Shown: positions 28,959 to 37,789 of the stretch, piece by piece
How positions within the stretch are numbered: the first letter of the stretch is position 1
Layout of the letters: each line of letters opens with the position of its first letter
NCBI GenBank assembly: GCA_035559535.1
Contig: DATMBG010000021.1
Span: 186,001-226,397 of the forward strand
Length of the DNA: 40,397 nucleotides
Direction of reading: 5' to 3'
Source of the DNA: Candidatus Limnocylindrales bacterium
GTDB taxonomy: Bacteria; Moduliflexota; Moduliflexia; Moduliflexales; JAUQPW01
Program-made: the position numbers and the translations under genes
Notes under the pieces: generated by a model
The model's database searches: none
What the model was told of the DNA's origin: nothing
What the model saw: only the letters and a program-made list of their open reading frames with translations

Positions 28959-30292
28959 GGATTACAGGAAGAATTTTTCTGAATGTTCAGTCGATGAACG
29001 CTCAGGGTGGCGGTGGAACTAATTATATTGAGATAACTAAAGTTCCTATCATTTTAAAATCCAATGGGAACTACAAACCTTGTGAGGTCCCTGCTATTTC
29101 TGGCAACATGATCAAACATTATCACTTTGTGGGGTTTACAGAAAGATTTAAGCAGACTCCTTACGCCCAAAATCTTACGTGGGATGCATCCAGGGCTTAC
29201 GTTGCTTTAAGATTTGATCGCGGTAAAACAGCCAAAAAAGCAAATGGACAAGAGATTTCCCTGCAATCAGAAGGAGAAATACTAAGCCATTTTGCAGATG
29301 CCGATCTTCATGGCTTTTTAGCCCCAGATACCCAGTGTCGAAGGGAATCTATTTTGAAGTTCTCTTTCTTTGTTCCAGTAGAAGAGTTCGTTGAAGAGGT
29401 TGAGGTAAAGGCTGTGGTTCATAACAGAGTTGATGTAGATGAAGAGGGTAAGATACCCCCTAGAGAAGAAGGTGCCATGATGTTCTTTAAACGAGAGTAT
29501 ACCTCTGCGCCATATGGTTTCCTTATGAGCTTTGATCTACCTTACAGCGGGCTAACTCTCGCAAGCATGAACTCACCAAACGTACTGGGAGTACTCGAAC
29601 GCCAATCAAGGGTTAAATCAGCCATCTTAGGGCTTATGGACCTGTTATCTGGAAGGGCGGGCGCAAGTTTATCCCGGGCTTTTCCCGCTGCAAAGGTTGA
29701 AGAGTTAATCGTGGCTTCTTCCGAAGAGCCGCTTCCGGCCCTGGTTCACGGGTTTTACAAAGACTATGCGGAACAGAGCGCCAAAATCCTGAAGGCTTAT
29801 AAGAGTCTTTCGAGTACTGATATTACTGTAAACCTCTATGCCAGGAATTCTCAAAGAAAATCTGAACTTGAGCAGATGCTTAAGGATAGCCAGAGTAGCT
29901 TAGAAGTCAAGGTTTTTGATGACTTCATAAGCCTTTTATCCGATGCAGAGAAGAGTGCTGAGGAGGTAATTGCGAGTATGGCCATGAAAGAGCTTAAAGA
30001 AATACAAGAAAAGGTTTCTCTTCAATCAAAAGAAGAAATCAAAAAGGTTTTAGAGAACTGGCAAAATCTATTGGCTAAAGCCCAAGAGATTTATCCAGCA
30101 ATATGGGAAGAGTATAACCTGCTTGAACAATCGATGGAATCTGAAGATAAGGATTTGAAAAAACTTGCTGATGAGCTTAGGGAAGCAAACTCCACGGAAA
30201 AAAGAACTGAATTGATTAAGGCTCTGAGGGAAGGAATCGAAAAGAAAAAAAACAAAAAGAAGGAGGAAGAAGGTGAAGGCTCTGGCTCTTAG
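28949..30292 (+). CDS. cas7: Type I-A Cas7 (Csa2/DevR) with a C-terminal helical extension
   Basis: NAQGGGGTNYIEITK, EVPAISGNMIKH, DADLHGFLAP, HNRVDVDE, REY, PALVHGFY. Confidence 0.93.
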   Translation: MFLRITGRIFLNVQSMNAQGGGGTNYIEITKVPIILKSNGNYKPCEVPAISGNMIKHYHFVGFTERFKQTPYAQNLTWDASRAYVALRFDRGKTAKKANGQEISLQSEGEILSHFADADLHGFLAPDTQCRRESILKFSFFVPVEEFVEEVEVKAVVHNRVDVDEEGKIPPREEGAMMFFKREYTSAPYGFLMSFDLPYSGLTLASMNSPNVLGVLERQSRVKSAILGLMDLLSGRAGASLSRAFPAAKVEELIVASSEEPLPALVHGFYKDYAEQSAKILKAYKSLSSTDITVNLYARNSQRKSELEQMLKDSQSSLEVKVFDDFISLLSDAEKSAEEVIASMAMKELKEIQEKVSLQSKEEIKKVLENWQNLLAKAQEIYPAIWEEYNLLEQSMESEDKDLKKLADELREANSTEKRTELIKALREGIEKKKNKKKEEEGEGSGS

Positions 30293-31133
30293 AGTACGAG
30301 GGCCCTTGTACTCCTCAAAATCTGCCCCCAGGGAACTGCTGTCTTATCAGGTGGCTATCTGTCCGCCTTTGCCCTTACCTGCTGCACTTCTAGGTGCTTT
30401 GATCCGAGCCTATGCCCGGCTTGATAGGAGTGTGTCAAAGGATAAGGTGGATAAAGCTGCGGTAGAATACCTTGAAAGGTTCAAGAAGTATGGCATCTCA
30501 GCTACATGTAAGCTTTCCTCAGATTCCTCTCTTATCAAAGGAGCCATATTACTAAAAAGATTTAGAACTCTAGAAGCAACGCCCCCAAAGGGAGAAGAAA
30601 AAAGTGATGCCATGCGCCGTGAGTACATTTTCCATAATAAACTGGATATCTTCTATCTCTTTGATTCACCACCTGATGACTTCAAAAAGATAGAGCAGGC
30701 CGGGTATCTGATTGACAGGATGGGTGATACAGAATCTTTAATTACCGTTGAAGAGATTATCACCGTCAATAATCAGAACCCCGTTAATGATCGAGAAGTT
30801 GAGATCAATACCGTTACTCCCTTTGACCTTTTGGATGAGCATCCGTCTAATGGGATGATTTGGAACGGGCTGGCTGAGTCAATATATCCAGGTAGGGAAG
30901 CAAGGCCAGGAGCATTTGTGTTACCCCTTGAAACAAGGGTTTCAAAGGGATCTGAGTATTTCGTTGGATGTTCGTTCCAAGCTAAAATAAAAGAGGGCGT
31001 TAACGTTCACAGCTTCGAGTTTAAAGGTGAAACGATTACAGTGATAAGTTGGGCAGCTCAACAAATTACTTATAAGACCGAGCAAAGAAAGAAAACAAAA
31101 GATGGAAGAGGAAAAGGTAAAAGAAACTTTTAA
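30273..31133 (+). CDS. cas5: Type I-A Cas5a
   Basis: SYQV..PPLPLPAALLGAL, LLKRFRTLE, EKSDAMRREY, IDRMGDTESL. Confidence 0.9.
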   Translation: MKALALRVRGPLYSSKSAPRELLSYQVAICPPLPLPAALLGALIRAYARLDRSVSKDKVDKAAVEYLERFKKYGISATCKLSSDSSLIKGAILLKRFRTLEATPPKGEEKSDAMRREYIFHNKLDIFYLFDSPPDDFKKIEQAGYLIDRMGDTESLITVEEIITVNNQNPVNDREVEINTVTPFDLLDEHPSNGMIWNGLAESIYPGREARPGAFVLPLETRVSKGSEYFVGCSFQAKIKEGVNVHSFEFKGETITVISWAAQQITYKTEQRKKTKDGRGKGKRNF

Positions 31134-32523
31134 GAGGATTATCGAAAAAGAACCCTACGATTATCAAGAGAGAGCATTCCGAGAAATCCTCAATCTCTCT
31201 GATTCGGGTGGGCTGGCCTTAATAGAAGCACCTACCGCGTCGGGTAAAACAGAAGCGGTGGTATTTCCTTATCTAACCCAACACGACATAAAGAGCTTTC
31301 CACTCGCCAGGAGATTGATTTACGTTCTTCCAACTCGCGCACTGGTTAACGCCCAAGCCCTGAGGATAAAAGGGTATGCTCAAAAGCTTGGCCTAAATCT
31401 GGTTGTTAACATAGATCATGGTGCTGTTCAATCTCCCACACCAATGTTCTATGGTGATGTTGTCCTTACGACGTGGGACGCTTTTCTCTATGGATATGCA
31501 GCTCAAAGGACCATAGGGACCAGGTTAACCATCCCTGCCGGGAATTTGGCTCTTTCCATGTTAGTCTTTGATGAGGTTCAGATGTATCAGGATTGGGACT
31601 TCTATACACCCAGGCTGATGGGATCTATTTTAAACCACTTTAAAGGCCCTGGAATTCCCATTGTGTTTATGACGGCCACACTACCTGCACGGCTAAAGGA
31701 AATGTTGGGTTTAGGGGAAGCTGTTCTAATCTCATCTCTTAGCTCTGACGCTAAAAAACCCCTTCGTGGAACTGTCCATGTTGAAATTGAAAAGGAAAAA
31801 GACATCTTAGACGTTATAGCTAAAAATAGAACCACCCTGGAAGAGACTATAAAAAGACAGGAGAAAGTGCTGATTGTAACCAATACGGTAAAAAAGGCCG
31901 TTGAAGTTTGGGAGAAAGTTAAAGAAATCGATTCAGAAGCAATTTTGCTTCATTCGCGGCTGGTCAATCAGGCAAGAAGAGAAAGAGAGCAACAACTTAT
32001 CAACGGGCACTTTAAAGTGTTAGTTGCAACCCAGCTGGTAGAGTCAGGTCTTGATATACCGAAAATAACTTTGGGTATTGTGGAAGCAGCTCCACCCGAT
32101 GCTCTTATCCAACGAATCGGTAGGGTTGCAAGAAGAGAAAGCGAGCATGGGCAGGTTTTAGTTGTGATACCAAGAGAAAATGGGAAAGTTCACTTTAGAC
32201 CATACTTGTCAGTCAGTGAAGATGATTTGAAGGGATTGAAGGCTGAGATTGAGAAATTAGACGCAAAAATCAAGAAATTAAAAGAAAAAAATGAAAAGGC
32301 TGATAAAATTAAAAAACAACACAAGGAGCTTACACGGCAGCGTGAAGAGCTTAAACGTATTTACAAAAAATTTTATACTTTGGAAAATTTCTGGGCTGAC
32401 TTGAACAGGGACAGCGTGTCTGAAGCATTAAATAATCTGGAAGCGTGTCGAAAACTCCTGGATAATTTCTATGATCAATTCATTGTTGAGGAAGAAGAAA
32501 ATGGCGAAGAGAAAGCAGAGTAA
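31102..32523 (+). CDS. cas3: Cas3' SF2 helicase, N-terminal part
   Basis: PYDYQ, APTASGKTE, VLPTRAL, FDEVQ, MTAT, LLHSRL, VATQLVESGLD, LIQRIGRVAR. Confidence 0.92.
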   Translation: MEEEKVKETFKRIIEKEPYDYQERAFREILNLSDSGGLALIEAPTASGKTEAVVFPYLTQHDIKSFPLARRLIYVLPTRALVNAQALRIKGYAQKLGLNLVVNIDHGAVQSPTPMFYGDVVLTTWDAFLYGYAAQRTIGTRLTIPAGNLALSMLVFDEVQMYQDWDFYTPRLMGSILNHFKGPGIPIVFMTATLPARLKEMLGLGEAVLISSLSSDAKKPLRGTVHVEIEKEKDILDVIAKNRTTLEETIKRQEKVLIVTNTVKKAVEVWEKVKEIDSEAILLHSRLVNQARREREQQLINGHFKVLVATQLVESGLDIPKITLGIVEAAPPDALIQRIGRVARRESEHGQVLVVIPRENGKVHFRPYLSVSEDDLKGLKAEIEKLDAKIKKLKEKNEKADKIKKQHKELTRQREELKRIYKKFYTLENFWADLNRDSVSEALNNLEACRKLLDNFYDQFIVEEEENGEEKAE

Positions 32524-33028
32524 AATAAAAGAAGAAACTAAAAAATCAATCGTGGAAGAAATTAAAAAGCGTGAGAACGAGATACAGAGAATACTTGCTG
32601 CTGCAGAGGCTTACTTTAGCGAGTTCTCCCTCTTCTCCCTTCCACCCGAGATTGAACTCAGAGCGAGACCGGAGCTTTATGTCACGGCGGTTTGGGTCCC
32701 CTCCTGTGAAGAATTCAGAGAGCTAAGAGAACAGATTGAACAATTCAGCAAAGGTTCAGACAACTCAAAAGATGTGGAAGCTTCGCCCCAGGAGATTCGA
32801 AAACTGTTTGAAGATTACTCCTTCAATTTACCTCTCCGACAGGCACATGCCGTTTTAAAGTGGGACGACAAAAAATTCATTGTCCTTGAAGTTAGCCAAA
32901 CCTTGAAGAGGGAAGGGAAAATCGAGGTCAGGATAAGAAAACAAGACTATCTATCAGGTCTTACGACCGCTTTGGTCAAAGAGTATGATTCCGAAATGGG
33001 GTTAATAGGAAATCATGAGAGAGAATAA
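32501..33028 (+). CDS. Cas3' C-terminal domain as a separate overlapping ORF (or frameshifted continuation)
   Basis: YFSEFSLFSLPPEIELRARPELYV and terminal EYDSEMGL resemble the I-A Cas3' C-terminus; +1 frame relative to upstream ORF; GAGGAAG before ATG 32501. Confidence 0.72.
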   Translation: MAKRKQSKIKEETKKSIVEEIKKRENEIQRILAAAEAYFSEFSLFSLPPEIELRARPELYVTAVWVPSCEEFRELREQIEQFSKGSDNSKDVEASPQEIRKLFEDYSFNLPLRQAHAVLKWDDKKFIVLEVSQTLKREGKIEVRIRKQDYLSGLTTALVKEYDSEMGLIGNHERE

Positions 33029-33848
33029 TACCTCATTTAAATGTCCCCATAACTACGGCTGCACAGGTCTTGTAGACTGTAAACTTCCTTCCTTCTATGA
33101 GGGGAAGAATGGAAGCAGAGAACCCAAGGAATGCTTTGTCCAGCACATAGAACTTTTGCTCAATACCTGGATAAATCGGCTGGAATTAAAATACTTACCT
33201 TCTATTCTCAGGGTCTGTAAAACAATAGACCCACTGTTGGATCCAGATACCCTAAACAGCTTAATAAAGGCTGTGATGATTTTTCATGATGTGGGAAAAT
33301 TAACCGACGTTTATAAAGCTGGTAGGGGTATAGGGGACTTTCGCCATGAGTTTGTTAGCTCCTATGTTTTCAACTTGGTTCTTGAAAAGCTTTCGACCAA
33401 GTTTCACTCTGAGTTAAAAACGGCGGCGATAGGCGCTGTGCTCCTACATCATGAACCTATCCTTATGGGACAGGTTGGTCAAATTCATGAGGAGAAACTT
33501 ACGACCACTGAAATTTGGAGACGCCTAAATAGTGTGGATAAAGAGAAAACCTTACTTCTTGAACGAACAGTTGAAGCTATCAACAAACTTGTAAAAAAGT
33601 ACTGTGGATGGGATGTGGAAATACCGCGAGAGATAGTGATCAAGGAATTGGCAGGTTTTCTTCAACGACTCCTCACTGGTTCGAGACACCTGGGTAAGAG
33701 AGAAGATAGAATAAAAAGGAGAATTTTAGTAGGTGTTTTTTTATCACCCCTTGTTTTATGTGATTATACGGCTGCAGTTAATTTCAGAAACGAAGACAAA
33801 CAAATAACCGCTTTTTGGGAAGTAGCAAAATCAGAGGTGGAGTTATGA
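33015..33848 (+). CDS. cas3'': Cas3'' HD nuclease
   Basis: QH, FHDVGKL, FRHE, LLHHE, LCDY metal ligands. Confidence 0.9.
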   Translation: MRENNTSFKCPHNYGCTGLVDCKLPSFYEGKNGSREPKECFVQHIELLLNTWINRLELKYLPSILRVCKTIDPLLDPDTLNSLIKAVMIFHDVGKLTDVYKAGRGIGDFRHEFVSSYVFNLVLEKLSTKFHSELKTAAIGAVLLHHEPILMGQVGQIHEEKLTTTEIWRRLNSVDKEKTLLLERTVEAINKLVKKYCGWDVEIPREIVIKELAGFLQRLLTGSRHLGKREDRIKRRILVGVFLSPLVLCDYTAAVNFRNEDKQITAFWEVAKSEVEL

Positions 33849-34897
33849 AGCTATACACTCCCGGTTTTGGAGAAATTCCAGATATGTACATAACCTATGG
33901 TCTTTTTGAGGGAGCAGTAAGGGGATTACCTTACTCAGAGGTAAAACTCTTTCCGCAAGGACAAAAATTCATTTTGGAAATCGAAGCCGATGAAAGCGAT
34001 ATTTCCAAAGGTCTGATAAGAGGCGTAAAAGATGCTATTATAGAAATGCTAGAACTCTTTCAATCAACATGGAAAATCGGATATACATCCTTTGGAGGAG
34101 CTATAGATAGGCTTGATTTAGGAAGGAATTATAAGTCTGTTCCTGGAAAGTTAAAGACTTTTTTGAAAAAATCCTGGGATCTTTCAAGTAGTTATAAAGA
34201 AGCTCATCACAAGTGCAGTAAAAAAACGACCCCTTATCTCCCTATTACTCCACAACTGGGCACGAAGCGTTCTTTTTTATATGAGACTGTAGAACGAAAA
34301 AACTACTACCAAATCCTTGGAGAAAATTGCTGTTTTCCCCTCTGTTGGGTTGGCTTACATTATTATAGCTCTTTCTATACAACAGGAGATTCAACCACTT
34401 TTTGCACTTTAATTCCAACATCTTTGTTAGATAAAACTGACTTACTTCCAGTTAAAGATATCTCAACTCGTGTTCAATACCACAAAGAGTCGAGGAAAGT
34501 CCAGCTAAACTTGTTTTCCTTGGCACTTTATTTGCTTTCAAAAGGTGAGACATTATTTGCATTGAATAAGCCATGGAAATTATGTATCTATAACATTTCT
34601 ATTAGTGGAAAGGCCCCTTCAATAAGAAGCTACACAATAATTCAACCAAAAAGATTTCTCGAGTTTATTTCAGTAGTAAAATCCTCCTCGCCAAACTGGC
34701 TAAGACTCTTAGATAGTCTAATAAAAGAAGACAAGCAAGAATCTATTTCACTTATTGCAGAATCTCTTTTGTTCAACAATACAAATAGCTTATACGATGC
34801 CCTGAAGCAAGTCGAAAGAAGCTTAGGCAAAGAAGAAAAACAGTTCCTCGACGAGGCTATAGTAGATGCTCTCTACAAAACTATTTGGAGTTTGTAA
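33845..34897 (+). CDS. cas8a: Type I-A large subunit Cas8a (Csa4-like)
   Basis: MKLYTPGFGEIPDMYITYGL, YLPITPQLG, PLCWVGLHYY; ~350 aa; ATGA overlap with cas3''; operon position. Confidence 0.75.
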   Translation: MKLYTPGFGEIPDMYITYGLFEGAVRGLPYSEVKLFPQGQKFILEIEADESDISKGLIRGVKDAIIEMLELFQSTWKIGYTSFGGAIDRLDLGRNYKSVPGKLKTFLKKSWDLSSSYKEAHHKCSKKTTPYLPITPQLGTKRSFLYETVERKNYYQILGENCCFPLCWVGLHYYSSFYTTGDSTTFCTLIPTSLLDKTDLLPVKDISTRVQYHKESRKVQLNLFSLALYLLSKGETLFALNKPWKLCIYNISISGKAPSIRSYTIIQPKRFLEFISVVKSSSPNWLRLLDSLIKEDKQESISLIAESLLFNNTNSLYDALKQVERSLGKEEKQFLDEAIVDALYKTIWSL

Positions 34898-34936
34898 GAT
34901 GAGGGGAACTTATTTGAGGGTTATAGGTGAAATAAA

Positions 34937-35734
34937 ATGCCCATTGCAACCGTTCTTCATAGTATCCTTTCCGAAGATCTGGACGCTTCAAAAATCAGCG
35001 GCGAAGCTCTCCATGGACTCTTTTTTGCCATCCTTGCCCAGAAGGACAAAAGACTGGCCTGGCAACTCCACAAAGCAGCCGGAACAAAGCCTTTCACCCT
35101 GGCCTTCCTGAACCGGGGAAAAAAGAGCAAATTTAAACCCGGTGAAGAACTGAGAATGAGGGTGACTTTACTCGACGATTCGCTTTTCATGAAACTTGCC
35201 GATGCCTTTATGAATCCGCAAATGGAACTCGAACTTCAGAACGCCAGAATAATTCCCACGATGATCAACCTCTCTGCCACAGACAGGGGCCTGTGGACAG
35301 GACAACAGAAATGGGAAGAAATCTACGATTCGGCAGGGGAAGGTATCGAGATAGTCCTGCAGTTTGTAACCCCCACGACTTTTCGGCAAAGAGATATGGA
35401 CGTTCCCCTCCCCATTCCCAAACTGGTGTTCGGCAGCTATCTAAAGAGATGGAAGGAGTTCTCTCCTATTCCCCTTCACCCGGATTTACAAACTGTAGTG
35501 GAAGAACGCATCGCTGTCTTCGAACCACACATTAAACCCGCTCCGTTTTTTACAGGAAAAGTATGGGTACACGGATTTATCGGTCGAAGCCGGTTTAAGA
35601 TCATGGACGATGTCAGCCCGGAACTCGTGAAACAGATTAATATCCTTGCCGACTTTGCCTTTTATTCAGGAACTGGTTACAAGACTACGTATGGAATGGG
35701 AATGACCAGAAAGTTAAAAATTTTTTATATTTAG
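34937..35734 (+). CDS. cas6: Cas6 crRNA-processing endoribonuclease
   Basis: LHGLFF, KPFTL, FVTPTTFRQ, PLPIPKLVFGSYLKRW, Gly-rich loop YSGTGYKTTYGMG. Confidence 0.93.
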   Translation: MPIATVLHSILSEDLDASKISGEALHGLFFAILAQKDKRLAWQLHKAAGTKPFTLAFLNRGKKSKFKPGEELRMRVTLLDDSLFMKLADAFMNPQMELELQNARIIPTMINLSATDRGLWTGQQKWEEIYDSAGEGIEIVLQFVTPTTFRQRDMDVPLPIPKLVFGSYLKRWKEFSPIPLHPDLQTVVEERIAVFEPHIKPAPFFTGKVWVHGFIGRSRFKIMDDVSPELVKQINILADFAFYSGTGYKTTYGMGMTRKLKIFYI

Positions 35735-35925
35735 TCCAGACAAGAGCGGACTCGGGTAGGATCAAGATCTTGTAACAGTTGGACTTACAGAAATAGGTTA
35801 AAATTAATGATAAAACCACTGTGGATCAATTTTCCATAACCTAAAGTGGGAGCATCCTTTCCGCAATCTCACAGGGCTGAAACCTCAGATATGGAAGGGA
35901 CAGAGAAATAACCTTCAAACTTCCA
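35704..35925 (+). pseudogene. Decayed, internally deleted copy of the WYL promoter/start fused to a lipoprotein gene fragment
   Basis: 35735-35814 aligns ungapped to 26501-26580 (51/80 by hand). 35820-35851 matches 27830-27861 (30/32) and translates VDQFSIT*SGSILSAI versus VDQFSITQNGNALTAV. Confidence 0.75.
35733..35753. promoter_or_regulatory. Putative WYL operator box 2
   Basis: AGTCC-N10-GGACT palindrome; 17/19 identical to box 1. Confidence 0.55.
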
Positions 35926-35993
35926 GAGCAGATTATAAGCCTGAGAGGCAAAGCGTGCGGGAACAATCTTACCACTTAAAGGAGGAATTCCCT

Positions 35994-36503
35994 ATGCTTA
36001 AAACCACGGCATCGATACTGGTTTTTGTGTTAATCTTTGAATCTATTGCCTTGGCCGTTGATTCCAAAAATGCGGCTTATGTAGGCGGTACGGCCGTTGA
36101 GTTTGGGAATCCAGAAGAACCTATCGAGGGGAAATTGCTCACAAAGAGTGAAACAGAGCTTCAATTTGTTTGGGGGGATAAGAAGGGTTCTAACACCTTT
36201 TCTATTCCCTATAAAAATATCCTGGATTTAGAATACGGCCAGAAAGCAGGGAGAAGGGTAGGAGTAGCCATAGGAACTGCGTTATTAGTAAGTCCCATAG
36301 GTCTATTTGCCCTTTTTTCCAAGAAACGAAAGCATTTTCTAACCATCGGATATAAAGATGCCCAGGACAAAGAACAGGTAGTTGTTTTTGAGTTAGGTAA
36401 GGGTATTGTACGAACCACCTTGCCTATCCTGGAAACCCGGTCGGGTAAGAAAATTGAGTATCAAGACAAAGAAGCAGAGAAAGCCGGTAAAGGTGGGAAT
36501 TGA
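35994..36503 (+). CDS. Hypothetical exported protein
   Basis: RBS AAGGAGGA, signal peptide ending ALA, motif LEYGQKAGRRVG...LFSKKRKHFLTIGY. Confidence 0.75.
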   Translation: MLKTTASILVFVLIFESIALAVDSKNAAYVGGTAVEFGNPEEPIEGKLLTKSETELQFVWGDKKGSNTFSIPYKNILDLEYGQKAGRRVGVAIGTALLVSPIGLFALFSKKRKHFLTIGYKDAQDKEQVVVFELGKGIVRTTLPILETRSGKKIEYQDKEAEKAGKGGN

Positions 36504-36747
36504 GTCCGGTACTCTCTTACAGGAATATCAAATGAGTTTGCTTTAAGTGACCTCTACTTATATTAAGTTTAGATCTCTGCAAATTTCGATCGGTACCAGG
36601 ATCTCCCTTTTTAACCCTCTTACCAGAAGTATATATAACCTTGAAATCTTTTTAAGCATGCCCCAAACTTAGTTGGAGTAAGAAGTGACTCTCAGTTAAA
36701 AGAACTCAAAAACTAATACATAGTCCATTTAATATTGGCTTTAGAAA

Positions 36748-36881
36748 GCTGCCTTCACTCCCCAGCTCCCCTCTTCCGCAGCATGGGAGAGGGGCCGGGG
36801 GTGAGGGTCACTTAAACATTAAGCAAAATTAAAGTAACAAAGCATTACTACCTTGTAAAGTTAGATTTGAATAATCGTTCT
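36748..36881. repeat. REP/MITE-like repeats shared with 18048-18250
   Basis: gctgccttcactccccagctcccct...ggagaggggccgggggtgagg; tactaccttgtaaagttagatttgaataa. Confidence 0.75.
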
Positions 36882-36899
36882 ACCCCCACCCCCAGCCTC

Positions 36900-37053
36900 C
36901 ATACGCGCCAGGATAAGAAGTCAGGCCCCGGCGGGGCGATCTGTTTCACAGGCCGCTCCTCCGGAGTCTGAATGACTGGATCCCCCGATCTATATCGGTG
37001 GCTACCCACAGTTCGCCCCTGATGGGGTTTTTCAGCTTAATCTGGCGTGTATG
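36900..37053 (+). mobile_element. MITE copy 2 (154 bp)
   Basis: Imperfect 18-bp TIRs catacgcgccaggataag / cttaatctggcgtgtatg; no ORF. Confidence 0.8.
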
Positions 37054-37300
37054 CCCCGGTCCTTCTCCCGAAGCTTTTGTGTAATTTTCCACCCTTACCT
37101 CCCCTAATCCCTCGGCACCAGGTTAAGGCACCTCCACCCGACTCCTCCCACTTTCGATTTGAGAGACTAGGACTCAAAACGGCTTGGCTAGGCTTTGGGG
37201 GGTTGGTTACTCTTTTTGCAAAAGAAGGATCTTGCCTTCCCCAAGGAGTTCGGTCCATTTCGCCGTTTAGCCGATGGACTCATTGAACCCTCTCTTAATC

Positions 37301-37396
37301 TCCGAAATGAAAAAGTAGGTAATGGTTAGAACTTACGTCGAGGGCTACCAACCTTTCGCCCTTGACGGGGTTTTTCAGCTTAACCTGATGTGTATG
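37301..37396 (+). mobile_element. Partial MITE (right end)
   Basis: Matches 16261-16356 (acttacgtc..ggctacc..ttttcagcttaacctg..gtatg). Confidence 0.65.
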
Positions 37397-37789
37397 GGGG
37401 GTTAGGAGAGTATCTAGACCCCCGGGTCTAACCCTTAACTTGGCCCATAGGGGGTAGCTCGTTGTGGTAGCCCTATTTAAGGGCGATCCTGGATGGTCGC
37501 CCTGCAAGGTTATATAACACTTCTATGATTTAGTATAAAATGATGAATATCATCGGTATTGACAAGCTTGCTTTTAGAGAGGAAGATAACCGGGTAGATG
37601 GGGTTCCGGTGGAAGCGGAAAATTCAACCTAACCTCGATGGGGGATTTCACACATAAAATTAACCCAGGAATGCATTTCGATCCGGAACCTAAGATATTT
37701 TGTTAATTCAAGGCATACTGGTAAGGTCTGCAAGTCTTAAAAGAGCGCCTGTACCGGGCCGGTTATCCTTCAAAAAGGAGGTTTTACTT

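Noticed and set aside
35790-35947. Self-targeting mini-CRISPR: repeat-like 27-mer (minus strand GTTTCAGCCCTGTGAGATTGCGGAAAG, 35857-35883) next to a 40-nt 'spacer' matching the lipoprotein gene
   Set aside because: No second convincing repeat, mismatches in the seed in both orientations, and no CCN/TCN PAM. Protein-level similarity runs through the 'repeat' (LSAI versus LTAV), so a decayed paralog explains it better. Small-RNA data could reopen the question.
37037-37507. Short ORFs in the repeat mosaic as possible transposase or anti-CRISPR genes
   Set aside because: Repeat-derived, no RBS, no DDE or HUH motifs
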